A model generated the notes under the pieces. That model did no database searches, had not been told where the DNA came from, and worked only from the letters and a program-made list of their open reading frames with translations. From Mayamaea pseudoterrestris (Eukaryota): a stretch of DNA of 64,000 bases. Position numbers and translations under genes: made by a program. Where the stretch lies: assembly GCA_027923505.1 (NCBI GenBank), contig BROI01000023.1, positions 1 through 64,000 of the forward strand. The letters are read 5' to 3'. This document shows, piece after piece, positions 1 through 11,945 of this stretch; position 1 is the stretch's first letter; each line of letters begins with the position of its first letter.

Positions 1-3000
1 ATGATGTTGGCACCATTCTGGTGTAATTTGGGCACCTACAGGGCTTGCAGTAGGGGCGTTTGAATGTCATGGCATCTGCGGGCTGAGACTGGTGACAAGT
101 TGTCACCAAATACATTGCCATCCCCTGAGACACTAGCCAAGCCTACCACCCTGTAGCGCAGCTGGAATAATGATGTTGGCACCATTCTTGTGCAATTTGG
201 GCACCTAAAGGGCTTGCTGTAGGGGCGTTTGAATGTCATGGCATCCGTGGGCTTAGACTGGTGACAAGTTGTCACCAAATACATTGCCATCCCCTGAGAC
301 ACCAGCCAAGCCTACCATTTTGTAGCGCAGCCTGGAAAATGATGTTGGCACCATTCTGGTGTATTTTGGGCACCTACAGGGCTTGCTGTAGGGGCGTTTG
401 AATGTCATGGCATCTGCAGGCTGAGACTGGTGACAAGTTGTCACCAAATACATTGCCATCCCCTGAGACACCAGCCAAGCCTACCATCTTGTAGTACAGC
501 TGGAATAATGATGTTGGCACCATTCTGGTGCAATTTGGGCACCTAGAGGGCTTGCTGTAGGGGCATTTGAATGTCATGGCATCTGTGGGCTGAGACTGGT
601 GACAAGTTGTCACCAAATACATTGCCATCCCCTGAGACACCAGCCAAGCCTACCATCTTGCCGCGCAGCCCGAAGAATGATGTTGGCACCATTCTGGTGT
701 AATTTGGGCACCTACAGAGCTTGCTGTAGGGGCATTTGAATGTCATGGCATCTGTGGGCTGAGACTGGTGACAAGTTGTCACCAAATACATTGCCATCCC
801 CTGAGACACCAGCCAAGCCTACCATCTTGTATCGCAGCCGGAATAATGAAGTTGGCACCATTCTGGTGTAATTTGGGCACCTACAGGGCTTGCTGTAGGG
901 ACATTTGAATGTCATGGCATCTGCGGGCTGAGACTGGTGACAAGTTGTCACCAAATACATTGCCATCCCCTGAGACACCAGCCAAGCCTACCATCTTGTA
1001 GCGCAGCCCCAAAAATGATGTTGGCACCATTCTGGTGTAATTTGGGCACCTACAGGGCTTGCTGTAGGGGCGTTTGAATGTCATGGCATCTGCGGGCTGA
1101 GACTGGTGACAAGTTGTCACCAAATACATTGCCATCCCCTGAGACACCAGCCAAGCCTACCATCCTGTAGCGCAGCCTGGAAAATGATGTTGGCACCATT
1201 CTGGTGTAATTTGGGCACCTACAGGGCTTGCTGTAGGGGCGTTTGAATGTCATGGCATCTGCAGGCTGAGACTGGTGACAAGTTGTCACCAAATACATTG
1301 CCATCCCCTGAGACACCAGCCAAGCCTACCATCTTGTAGCGCAGCTGGAATAATGATGTTGGCACCATTCTGGTGTAATTTGGGCACCTACAGGGCTTGC
1401 TGTAGGGACGTTAGAATGTCATGGCAACTGCAGGCTGAGACTGGTGACAAGTTGTCACCAAATACATTGCCATCCCCTGAGACACCAGCCAAGCCTACCA
1501 TCTTGTAGCGCAGCCCAAAAAAGATGTTGGCACCATTCTGGTGTAATTTGGGCACCTACAGGGCTTGCTGTAGGGGCGTTTGAATGTCATGGCATCTGCG
1601 GGCTGAGACTGGTGACAAGTTGTCACCAAATACATTGCCATCCCCTGAGACACCAACCAAGCCTACCATCTTGTAGCGCAGCCTCAATAATGATGTTGGC
1701 ACCATTCTGGTGTAATTTGGGCACCTACAGGGCTTGCTGTAGGGGCGTTTGAATGTCATGGCATCTGCGGGCTGAGACTGGTGACAAGTTGTCACCAAAT
1801 ACATTGCCATCCCCTGAGACACCAGCCAAGCCTACCATCTTGTAGCGCAGCTGGAAAAATGATGTTGGCACCATTCTGGTGTAATTTGGGCACCTACAGG
1901 GCTTGCTGTAGGGGCGTTTGAATGTCATGGCATCTGCGGGCTGAGACTGGTGACAAGTTGTCACCAAATACATTGCCATCCCCTGAGACACCAGCCAAGC
2001 CTACCATCCTGTAGCGCAGCTATAATAATGATGTTGGCACCATTCTGGTGTAATTTGGGCACCTACAGGGCTTGCTGTAGGGGCGTTTGAATGTCATGGC
2101 ATCTGCGGGCTGAGACTGGTGACAAGTTGTCACCAAATACATTGCCATCCCCTGAGACACCAGCCAAGCCTACCATCTTGTAGCGCAGCCTCAAAAATGA
2201 TGTTGGCACCATTCTGGTGTAATTTGGGCACCTACAGGGCTTGCTGTAGGGGCGTTTGAATGTCATGGCATCTGCGGGCTGAGACTGGTGACAAGTTGTC
2301 ACCAAATACATTGCCATCCCCTGAGACACCAACCAAGCCTACCATCTTGTAGCGCAGCTAGAATAATGATGTTGGCACCATTCTGGTGTAATTTGGGCAC
2401 CTACAGGGCTTGCTGTAGGGGCGTTTGAATGTCATGGCATCTGCGGGCTGAGACTGGTGACAAGTTGTCACCAAATACATTGCCATCCCCTGAGACACCA
2501 GCCAAGCCTACCATCTTGTAGCGCAGCCCAAAAAATGATGTTGGCACCATTCTGGTGTAATTTGGGCACCTACAGGGCTTGCTGTAGGGGCGTTTGAATG
2601 TCATGGCATCTGTGGGCTGAGACTGGTGACAAGTTGTCACCAAATACATTGCCATCCCCTGAGACACCAACCAAGCCTACCATCTTGTAGCGCAGCCCAA
2701 AAAATGATGTTGGCACCATTCTGGTGTAATTTGGGCACCTACAGGGCTTGCTGTAGGGGCGTTTGAATGTCATGGCATCTGCGGGCTGAGACTGGTGACA
2801 AGTTGTCACCAAATACATTGCCATCCCCTGAGACACCAGCCAAGCCTACCATCCTGTAGCGCAGCCTGGAAAATGATGTTGGCACCATTCTGGTGTAATT
2901 TGGGCACCTACAGGGCTTGCTGTAGGGGCGTTTGAATGTCATGGCATCTGCGGGCTGAGACTGGTGACAAGTTGTCACCAAATACATTGCCATCCCCTGA

Positions 3001-6000
3001 GACACCAGCCAAGCCTACCATCCTGTAGCGCAGCCCAAAAACCGATGTTGGCACCATTCTGGTGTAATTTGGGCACCTACAGGGCTTGCTGTAGGTGCGT
3101 TTGAATGCCATGGCATCTGTGGGCTGAGACTGGTGACAAGTTGTCACCAAATACATTGCCATCCCCTGAGACACCAGCCAAGCCTACCATCTTGTAGCGC
3201 AGCCCAAAAAATGATGTTGTCACCATTCTGGTGTAATTTGGGCACCTACAGGGCTTGCTGTAGGGGCGTTTGAATGTCATGGCATCTGCGGGCTGAGACT
3301 GGTGACAAGTTGTCACCAAATACATTGCCATCCCCTGAGACACCAGCCAAGCCTACCATCCTGTAGCGCAGCTGGAATAATGATGTTGGCACCATTCTGG
3401 TGCAATTTGGGCACCTAGAGGGCTTGCTGTAGGGGCGTTTGAATGTCATGGCATCCGTGGGCTAAGACTGGTGACAAGTTGTCACCAAATACATTGCCAT
3501 CCCCTGAGACACCAGCCAAGCCTACCATCTTGTAGCGTAGCCAGAATTATGATGTTGGCACCATTCTGGTGTATTTTGGGCACCTACAGGGCTTGCTGTA
3601 GGGGCGTTTGAATGTCATGGCATCTGCGGGCTGAGACTGGTGACAAGTTGTCACCAAATACATTGCCATCCCCTGAGACACCAGCCAAGCCTACCATCCT
3701 GTAGCGCAGCCTCAAAAATGATGATGGCACCATTCTGGTGTAATTTGGGCACCTATAGGGCTTGCTGTAGGGGCGTTTTGAATGTCATGGCATCTGCGGG
3801 CTGAGACTGGTGACAAGTTGTCACCAAATACATTGCCATCCCCTGAGACACTAGCCAAGCCTGCCATCTTGTAGCGCAGCCCAAAAAATGATGTTGGCAC
3901 CATTCTGGTGTATTTTGGGCACCTACAGGGCTTGCTGTAGGGGCGTTTGAATGTCATGGCATCTGTGGGCTGAGACTGGTGACAAGTTGTCACCAAATAC
4001 ATTGCCATCCCCTGAGACACCAGCCAAGCCTACCATCCTGTAACGCAGCTGGAATAATGATGTTGGCACCATTCTGGTGTAATTTGGGCACCTACAGGGC
4101 TTGCTGTAGGGGCGTTTGAATGTCATGGCATCTGCGGGCTGAGACTGGTGACAAGTTGTCACCAAATACATTGCCATCCCCTGAGACACCAGCCAAGCCT
4201 ACCATCCTGTAGCGCAGCCGGAAAAATGATGTTGGCACCATTCTGGTGTAATTTGGGCACCTACAGGGCTTGCTGTAGGGGCATTTGAATGTCATGGCAT
4301 CTGCGGGCTGAGACTGGTGACAAGTTGTCACCAAATACATTGCCATCCCCTGAGACACCAACCAAGCCTACCATCCTGTAGCGCAGCTGGAATAATGATG
4401 TTGGCACCATTCTGGTGTAATTTGGGCACCTACAGGGCTTGCTGTAGGGGCGTTTGAATGTCATGGCATCTGCGGGCTGAGACTGGTGACAAGTTGTCAC
4501 CAAATACATTGCCATCCCCTGAGACACCAGCCAAGCCTACCATCTTGTAGCGCAGCTGGAATAATGATGTTGGTACCATTCTGGTGTAATTTGGGCACCT
4601 ACAGGGCTTGCTGTAGGGGCGTTTGAATGTCATGGCATCTGCGGGCTGAGACTGGTGACAAGTTGTCACCAAATACATTGCCATCCCCTGAGACACCAGC
4701 CAAGCCTACCATCCTGTAGCGCAGCTGGAATAATGATGTTGGCACCATTCTGGTGTAATTTGGGCACTTACAGGGCTTGCTGTAGGGGCGTTTGAATCTC
4801 GTGGCATCTGCGGGCTGTGACTGGTGACAAGTTGTCACCAAATACATTGCCATCCCCTGAGACACCAACCAAGCCTACCATCCTGTAGCGCAGCCCCAAA
4901 AATGATGTTGGCACCATTCTGGTGTATTTTGGGCACCTACAGGGCTTGCTGTAGGGGCGTTTGAATGTCATGGCATCTGCGGGCTGAGACTGGTGACAAG
5001 TTGTCACCAAATACATTGCCATCCCCTGAGACACCAACCAAGCCTACCATCTTGTAGCGCAGCCCAAGAAAAGATGTTAAAGCCATTATGGTGTAATTTG
5101 GGCACCTATGGGGTTTGCTGTAGGGGCGTTTGAATGTCATGGCATCTGCGAGTTGAGACTGCCGACAAGTTGTCACCAAATGCATTGAGATCCCCTGAGA
5201 CACCAGCCAAGCCTACCAACTTGTAGCGCAGCTGGAATAATGATGTTGGCACCATTCTGGTGTATTTTGGGCACCTACAGGGCTTGCTGTAGGGGCGTTT
5301 GAATGTCATGGCATCTGCGGGCTGAGACTGGTGACAGTCAGCAAATACATTGCCATCCACTGAGACACCATCCAAGCCTACCATCTTGTAGCGCAGCTAG
5401 TATAATGATGTAGGCACCATTCTGATGTAATTTGGGCACTTACAGGGCTTGCTGTAGGGGCGTTTGAATGTCATGGCATCTGCGGGCTGAGACTGGTGAC
5501 AAGTTGTCACCAAATACATTGCCATCCCCTGAGACACCAACCAAGCCTACCATCTTGTAGCGCAGCTGGAATAATGATGTTGGCACCATTCTGGTGTAAT
5601 TTGGGCACCTACAGGGCTTGCTGTAGGGGCGTTTGAATGTCATGGCATCGGCGGGTAAAGACTGGTGACAAGTTGTCACCAGATACATTGCCATCCCCTG
5701 AGACACCAACCAAGCCTACCATCTTGTAGCGCAGCTGGAATAATGATGTTGACACCATTCTGGTGTAATTTGGGCACCTACAGGGCTTGATGTAGGGGCG
5801 TTTGAATGTCATGGCATCTGCGGGCTGAGACTGGTGACAAGTTGTCACCAAATACATTGCCATCCCCTGGGACACCAGCCAAGCCTACCATCTGGTAGCG
5901 CAGCCCAAAAAATGATGTTGGCACCATTCTGGTGTAGTTTGGGCACCTACAGGGCTTGCTGTAGGGGCGTTTGAATGTCATGGCATCTGCGGGCTGAGAC

Positions 6001-8562
6001 TGCTGACAAGTTGTCACCAAATACATTGCCATCCCCTGAGACACCAGCCAAGCCTACCATCTTGTAGCGCAGCCCAAAAAATGATGTTGGCACCATTCTG
6101 ATGTATTTTGGGCATCTACAGGGCTTGCTGTATGGGCGTTTGAATGTCATGGCTTTTACGGGATGAGACTGGTGAGGCATCTGCGGGCTGAGACTGGTGA
6201 CAAGTTGTCACCAAATACATTGCCATCCCCTGAGACACTAGCCAAGCCTGCCATCTTGTAGCGCAGCCCAAAAAATGATGTTGGCACCATTCTGGTGTAT
6301 TTTGGGCACCTACAGGGCTTGCTGTAGGGGCGTTTGAATGTCATGGCATCTGTGGGCTGAGACTGGTGACAAGTTGTCACCAAATACATTGCCATCCCCT
6401 GAGACACCAGCCAAGCCTACCATCCTGTAACGCAGCTGGAATAATGATGTTGGCACCATTCTGGTGTAATTTGGGCACCTACAGGGCTTGCTGTAGGGGC
6501 GTTTGAATGTCATGGCATCTGCGGGCTGAGACTGGTGACAAGTTGTCACCAAATACATTGCCATCCCCTGAGACACCAGCCAAGCCTACCATCCTGTAGC
6601 GCAGCCGGAAAAATGATGTTGGCACCATTCTGGTGTAATTTGGGCACCTACAGGGCTTGCTGTAGGGGCATTTGAATGTCATGGCATCTGCGGGCTGAGA
6701 CTGGTGACAAGTTGTCACCAAATACATTGCCATCCCCTGAGACACCAACCAAGCCTACCATCCTGTAGCGCAGCTGGAATAATGATGTTGGCACCATTCT
6801 GGTGTAATTTGGGCACCTACAGGGCTTGCTGTAGGGGCGTTTGAATGTCATGGCATCTGCGGGCTGAGACTGGTGACAAGTTGTCACCAAATACATTGCC
6901 ATCCCCTGAGACACCAGCCAAGCCTACCATCTTGTAGCGCAGCTGGAATAATGATGTTGGTACCATTCTGGTGTAATTTGGGCACCTACAGGGCTTGCTG
7001 TAGGGGCGTTTGAATGTCATGGCATCTGCGGGCTGAGACTGGTGACAAGTTGTCACCAAATACATTGCCATCCCCTGAGACACCAGCCAAGCCTACCATC
7101 CTGTAGCGCAGCTGGAATAATGATGTTGGCACCATTCTGGTGTAATTTGGGCACTTACAGGGCTTGCTGTAGGGGCGTTTGAATCTCGTGGCATCTGCGG
7201 GCTGTGACTGGTGACAAGTTGTCACCAAATACATTGCCATCCCCTGAGACACCAACCAAGCCTACCATCCTGTAGCGCAGCCCCAAAAATGATGTTGGCA
7301 CCATTCTGGTGTATTTTGGGCACCTACAGGGCTTGCTGTAGGGGCGTTTGAATGTCATGGCATCTGCGGGCTGAGACTGGTGACAAGTTGTCACCAAATA
7401 CATTGCCATCCCCTGAGACACCAACCAAGCCTACCATCTTGTAGCGCAGCCCAAGAAAAGATGTTAAAGCCATTATGGTGTAATTTGGGCACCTATGGGG
7501 TTTGCTGTAGGGGCGTTTGAATGTCATGGCATCTGCGAGTTGAGACTGCCGACAAGTTGTCACCAAATGCATTGAGATCCCCTGAGACACCAGCCAAGCC
7601 TACCAACTTGTAGCGCAGCTGGAATAATGATGTTGGCACCATTCTGGTGTATTTTGGGCACCTACAGGGCTTGCTGTAGGGGCGTTTGAATGTCATGGCA
7701 TCTGCGGGCTGAGACTGGTGACAGTCAGCAAATACATTGCCATCCACTGAGACACCATCCAAGCCTACCATCTTGTAGCGCAGCTAGTATAATGATGTAG
7801 GCACCATTCTGATGTAATTTGGGCACTTACAGGGCTTGCTGTAGGGGCGTTTGAATGTCATGGCATCTGCGGGCTGAGACTGGTGACAAGTTGTCACCAA
7901 ATACATTGCCATCCCCTGAGACACCAACCAAGCCTACCATCTTGTAGCGCAGCTGGAATAATGATGTTGGCACCATTCTGGTGTAATTTGGGCACCTACA
8001 GGGCTTGCTGTAGGGGCGTTTGAATGTCATGGCATCGGCGGGTAAAGACTGGTGACAAGTTGTCACCAGATACATTGCCATCCCCTGAGACACCAACCAA
8101 GCCTACCATCTTGTAGCGCAGCTGGAATAATGATGTTGACACCATTCTGGTGTAATTTGGGCACCTACAGGGCTTGATGTAGGGGCGTTTGAATGTCATG
8201 GCATCTGCGGGCTGAGACTGGTGACAAGTTGTCACCAAATACATTGCCATCCCCTGGGACACCAGCCAAGCCTACCATCTGGTAGCGCAGCCCAAAAAAT
8301 GATGTTGGCACCATTCTGGTGTAGTTTGGGCACCTACAGGGCTTGCTGTAGGGGCGTTTGAATGTCATGGCATCTGCGGGCTGAGACTGCTGACAAGTTG
8401 TCACCAAATACATTGCCATCCCCTGAGACACCAGCCAAGCCTACCATCTTGTAGCGCAGCCCAAAAAATGATGTTGGCACCATTCTGATGTATTTTGGGC
8501 ATCTACAGGGCTTGCTGTATGGGCGTTTGAATGTCATGGCTTTTACGGGATGAGACTGGTGA
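1..8562. repeat. Tandem satellite array, 169-bp unit, ~50 copies, open at the left window edge
   Basis: Unit ATGATGTTGGCACCATTCTGGTG...TGGTGACAAGTTGTCACCA...GTAGCGCAGC recurs every 169 bp (ORF track offsets 374/543/712/881/1050). The array ends at ...GAGACTGGTGA, 8562. Confidence 0.98.
3789..8562. repeat. 2,387-bp direct duplication inside the satellite (3789-6175 repeated at 6176-8562)
   Basis: Private variants recur at +2387: GAATCTCGTGG ~4794/7181, the 4-nt deletion GTGACAGTCAGCAAAT 5331/7718, and GGCTTTTACGGGATGAG 6151/8538. The junction is mid-unit, GGTGA|GGCATCTG at 6175/6176. Confidence 0.95.
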
Positions 8563-8599
8563 GAACTTCACACATAGACTGTCGAACAGTTGTGCCAAC

Positions 8600-10292
8600 A
8601 ATTAAGGAGGTAAGTGATGGCTCTCTGAGAGCATACTCTTAAAGTATAGCAATGTGTTTGGGATAGCTAACATGTTTATATAATTAGGGGTCATTGCATG
8701 CACCACAACCATGACATCATCTAAGTCGCAGCTGCAGTCCAAGTATTGTCGTGAGATATGTCCGGATATATCCTACTGCAACCTACTCCATTGTATTACA
8801 GTGTGTGGCCTTCAACAACTACCCCCACTAATCTTGTTCCATGAGTTCTGTTCTGGCTATGCTTAAGGACACATATTCAATAAGATTGGTGCATAACAAT
8901 CATTCCTGGCTCACATGTAGCATCAGTTGTTGGGAAGGGCAAAGATCATCACAGTAACCAGCTCCTTGGTGCTACAGTGTGTGGCCTTCAAAGACTACCC
9001 CCAATAGTCTTGTTCCATGAATCCTGTTCTTGCTATCCTTGAAGCCACATATGCGGTGAGATTGGTGCATAACAGTCACTCCCAGCTCACGTGTAGCATC
9101 ACTTGTTTGGGAGGGCAGAGGTCCACACAGTAACCAGCTCCATGGTGCTACAGTGTGTGGCCTTCAAGGACTACCCTTAAAATTATTGTTCCATGAATTC
9201 TGTTTGGGCTATGCTTAAGAACACGTAGGTCATGAGATTGGTGCATAACAGTCATTCCCAGCTCATGTGTAGCATCAGTTGTTTGGGAGGGCAAAGATCC
9301 ACACAGTAACCAGCTACACGGTGCTACAGTGTGTGGCCTTCAACGCCTACCCCCAATAGTCTTGTTCCATGAAGTCTGTTCTGGCTATCCTTGAAGACAC
9401 TTATGCGGTGAGATTGGTGTATAACAGTCACTCCCAGCTCACGTGTAGCATCAGTTGTTTGGGAGTGCAAAGATCCACACAGTAACCACCTAGACGGTGC
9501 TACATGTGTGGCCTTCAACGACTACCCCCAATAGTCTTGATCCATGAATTCTGATGTGGCTATCCTTGGGGATACATTTGCAATGAGATTGGTGGATAAC
9601 AATCATACCTGGCACACGTGTAGCATCAGTTGTTGGGGAGGGCAAAGATCCACACAGTAGCCAGCTACACGGTGCTACAGTGTGTGGCCTTCAAAGACTA
9701 CCCCCAATAGTCTTGTTCCATGAAGTCTGTTCTGGCTATCCTTGGGGACACGTATGCGGTGAGATTGGTGCATAACAGTCACTCTCAGCTCACATGTAGC
9801 ATCAGTTGTTTGGGAGGGCAGACGTCCACACTTTAAACATATTCACGGGGCGGGGAGGTGCGGTGGTAGGATCAATGGTTTCGCAACGCCTGAACAGACT
9901 TTTGTGCACTCCGTGCACACAAACGTGGTAAGAACAACACTGGCCTTCAAAGCAACAATTTAAAGGGTCAGTGCCAAATATGGAACAGAAGGAGAGGCTA
10001 GAGACTGCAGTAATTGAGTGGTAATTGATGGCTCTCTGAGTGCATAATTCTAAAGTAAAACAATGTGTTTGGGATAGGTAACATGGTCATAGTCTTTTTA
10101 ATTAATGTTGTGAAGCATGTCCAGATAAACACATCCGCGGGGCGGGGAGGTGGTACAAGCTTGTAGGATCAATGGCTTCACAAAGCCTGCAGTGACTTTT
10201 GCGTGCACCTCATGCACAAACAAACCCTGCCAAGCAGTGAACAGTAAAATTGACACTGGCCTTCAAAGCAATCATTTGATGGGTTATGCCAA
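8600..10292. repeat. Two duplicated linker segments: A at ~8600-8685 and ~10010-10086; B at ~9835-9975 and ~10127-10292
   Basis: A: GATGGCTCTCTGAG..AAAGTA..CAATGTGTTTGGGATAG..AACATG occurs twice. B: GGGGCGGGGAGGTG..GTAGGATCAATGG..GACTTTTG..ACACTGGCCTTCAAAGCAA occurs twice. Confidence 0.85.
8795..9832. repeat. Tandem satellite, 176-bp unit, ~6 copies
   Basis: GTGTGTGGCCTTCAA starts at 8801, 8977, 9153, 9329, ~9505 and 9680. Confidence 0.95.
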
Positions 10293-10308
10293 CATCTCTC
10301 TACTAACT

Positions 10309-10912
10309 CTGTCAACTTCTAGCTATCAAGTTATACCTCTGGTCGTTGGAGTGGGTTATGGCAGCCACTGACTGTGGACAAGCCTGGGGCCACAAAATTC
10401 AGGCAGTCCTACTGGCAAAACATGGAAAACTAGGTGGGCTAATGATGAATGCACTGCACTTTCAAAATCATGAAACAATGCCTGTCAACTGCTAGCTATC
10501 AAGTTATACCCTCTCTGGCCAATGGAGTGGGTCATGGCAGCCAGCTACTGTGGACAAGCCTGGGGTCACGAATTCAGGCAGTCCTACTGGCAGAACATGG
10601 AAACTAGATGGGCTAGTGATGAATGCATTCCACTTTCTACATCATGAAACAATGCCTGTCAACTGCCAGCTATCAAGTTATACCTCTCTGGCCGTTGGAG
10701 TGGGTTTATGGCAGCCAGCTACTGAGGACAAGCCTGGGGCCACGTAATTCAGGCAGTCCTACGGGCAGAACTTGGAGACAAGATGGACTAGCAATGAATG
10801 CATTGCACTTTTTACATAATGATACAATGCCTGTCAACTGCCAGCTATCAAATTATACCTCTCTGGCCGTTGGAGTGGGTCATGGCAGCCAGCAACTGTG
10901 GACAAGCCTGGG
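10309..10912. repeat. Tandem satellite, ~174-bp unit, ~3.4 copies
   Basis: GTCAACT..AGCTATCAA.TTATACC starts at 10311, 10484, 10658 and 10833. Confidence 0.93.
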
Positions 10913-10918
10913 AAATCT

Positions 10919-11340
10919 CACCAGTCACATTGCCGCAAACTGAGACACCAGCCAGGCATACCGCCTTGAAACGCAGCCTGAATAATGATGTTGGCAGCAT
11001 TATTGTGTGATTTGCGCATATTCATGGCACCATTCTTGTGTGATTTGGTGTATACATGGCTCAATGTATGGACATTTGCATGCCATGGCATCTGTTGGCT
11101 GAGACTGGTGCAAAGTTATCACCAGTCACATTGCAGTCTCCTGAGGCATCAGCTGGGCATACCACCATGCAACGCAGATGGAATTTCAATGTTGGCAGCT
11201 TTCTCATGCCTCCTGGTTATGGACATGGCCCACCAAATGGACGTCCGAATGTCATGGCCCCTGCCAGTGGGGCTTGGTTATAACTTCTCTGAAATCACAT
11301 TGCAATTGTGTGGGGCACCAGCTAGGCTTTCCTCCTTATG
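10919..11340. repeat. Degenerate relic copies (~2.5) of the 169-bp satellite
   Basis: CTGAGACACCAGCCAGGCATACC, AATAATGATGTTGGCAGCATT, CATGGCATCTGTTGGCTGAGACTGGTG and GAATGTCATGGC all align to the 169-bp unit. Confidence 0.85.
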
Positions 11341-11945
11341 GTGAAACATCTCATAGAGTAGATACTTTGGTACACAACAACTGCTACTTGGAATAGTAGT
11401 CGCTACTGCCGGTAGTATCCCATTGTACCGGTACAGTACGGTAGATCGTGACTCATTGAATTATCAAATACGTGTCAAAAAGAACAAGTAATATTGCCCC
11501 AGGACATGAATCAGTTGAAGCTAGTCACGCGGACATTGTAGACGACGAAGGCACTCCACGGATGCGTCACTTTGACATAAAGCCAAATTCTGCGACTGAC
11601 GTTTCACGGAATAACTCCTCATGGATCGTAATCTTGCCAGCGCATCAGACTGCTGTCATATTGCATGTATTCATTGCACTTGCACGCTTAACGAACTCAC
11701 GGGAGTTACTCGAAGAGAATTCGGCGCGGATGAACTTTCGTCCACACGTCGACCCGGGTTCCCGAGATCTTGAAGCAGCCGCTCGCCTCGCAAACCTCAC
11801 AATCCATCATCACGCCGCCGCGCAGTTGCATCCGATTCAGGGACAGAGTCACTGCTAGTGCAGTTATTGCGCTGACCAGTCATTCACTCATCTAAAGCAA
11901 TCATTCCATCGTTATATATTTACTTATTTGTAGTAGATCAACATC

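Noticed and set aside
36..8537. About 45 near-identical 67-102-aa ORFs (MSQGMAMYLVTT...)
   Set aside because: They are by-products of the 169-bp unit. The unit length is not a multiple of 3, most ORFs start at GTG/TTG, each shifts frame through the same sequence, and no domain is recognisable.
1..8562. CRISPR-like reading of the palindromic repeats
   Set aside because: The sequence between palindromes is constant rather than unique spacers, there are no cas genes, and the context is eukaryotic.
10720..10735. CTGAGGA resembling a hammerhead ribozyme core in the 174-bp satellite
   Set aside because: It is present in one unit only (the others read CTGTGGA) and I could not build the three stems.
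9324..11396. ORFs within the 176-bp, 174-bp and relic repeats
   Set aside because: They are short, repeat-derived and show no protein features.
11404..11435. Palindrome TGTACCGGTACA at the satellite block edge, with TGTACCGGTA also at 33421
   Set aside because: TACCGGTA also occurs at ~11966, ~17659 and ~35421 away from arrays, so it is not a specific terminus.
11472..11858. 128-aa ORF upstream of the phosphatase
   Set aside because: It starts at GTG, has no recognisable features and probably covers promoter/5' UTR.
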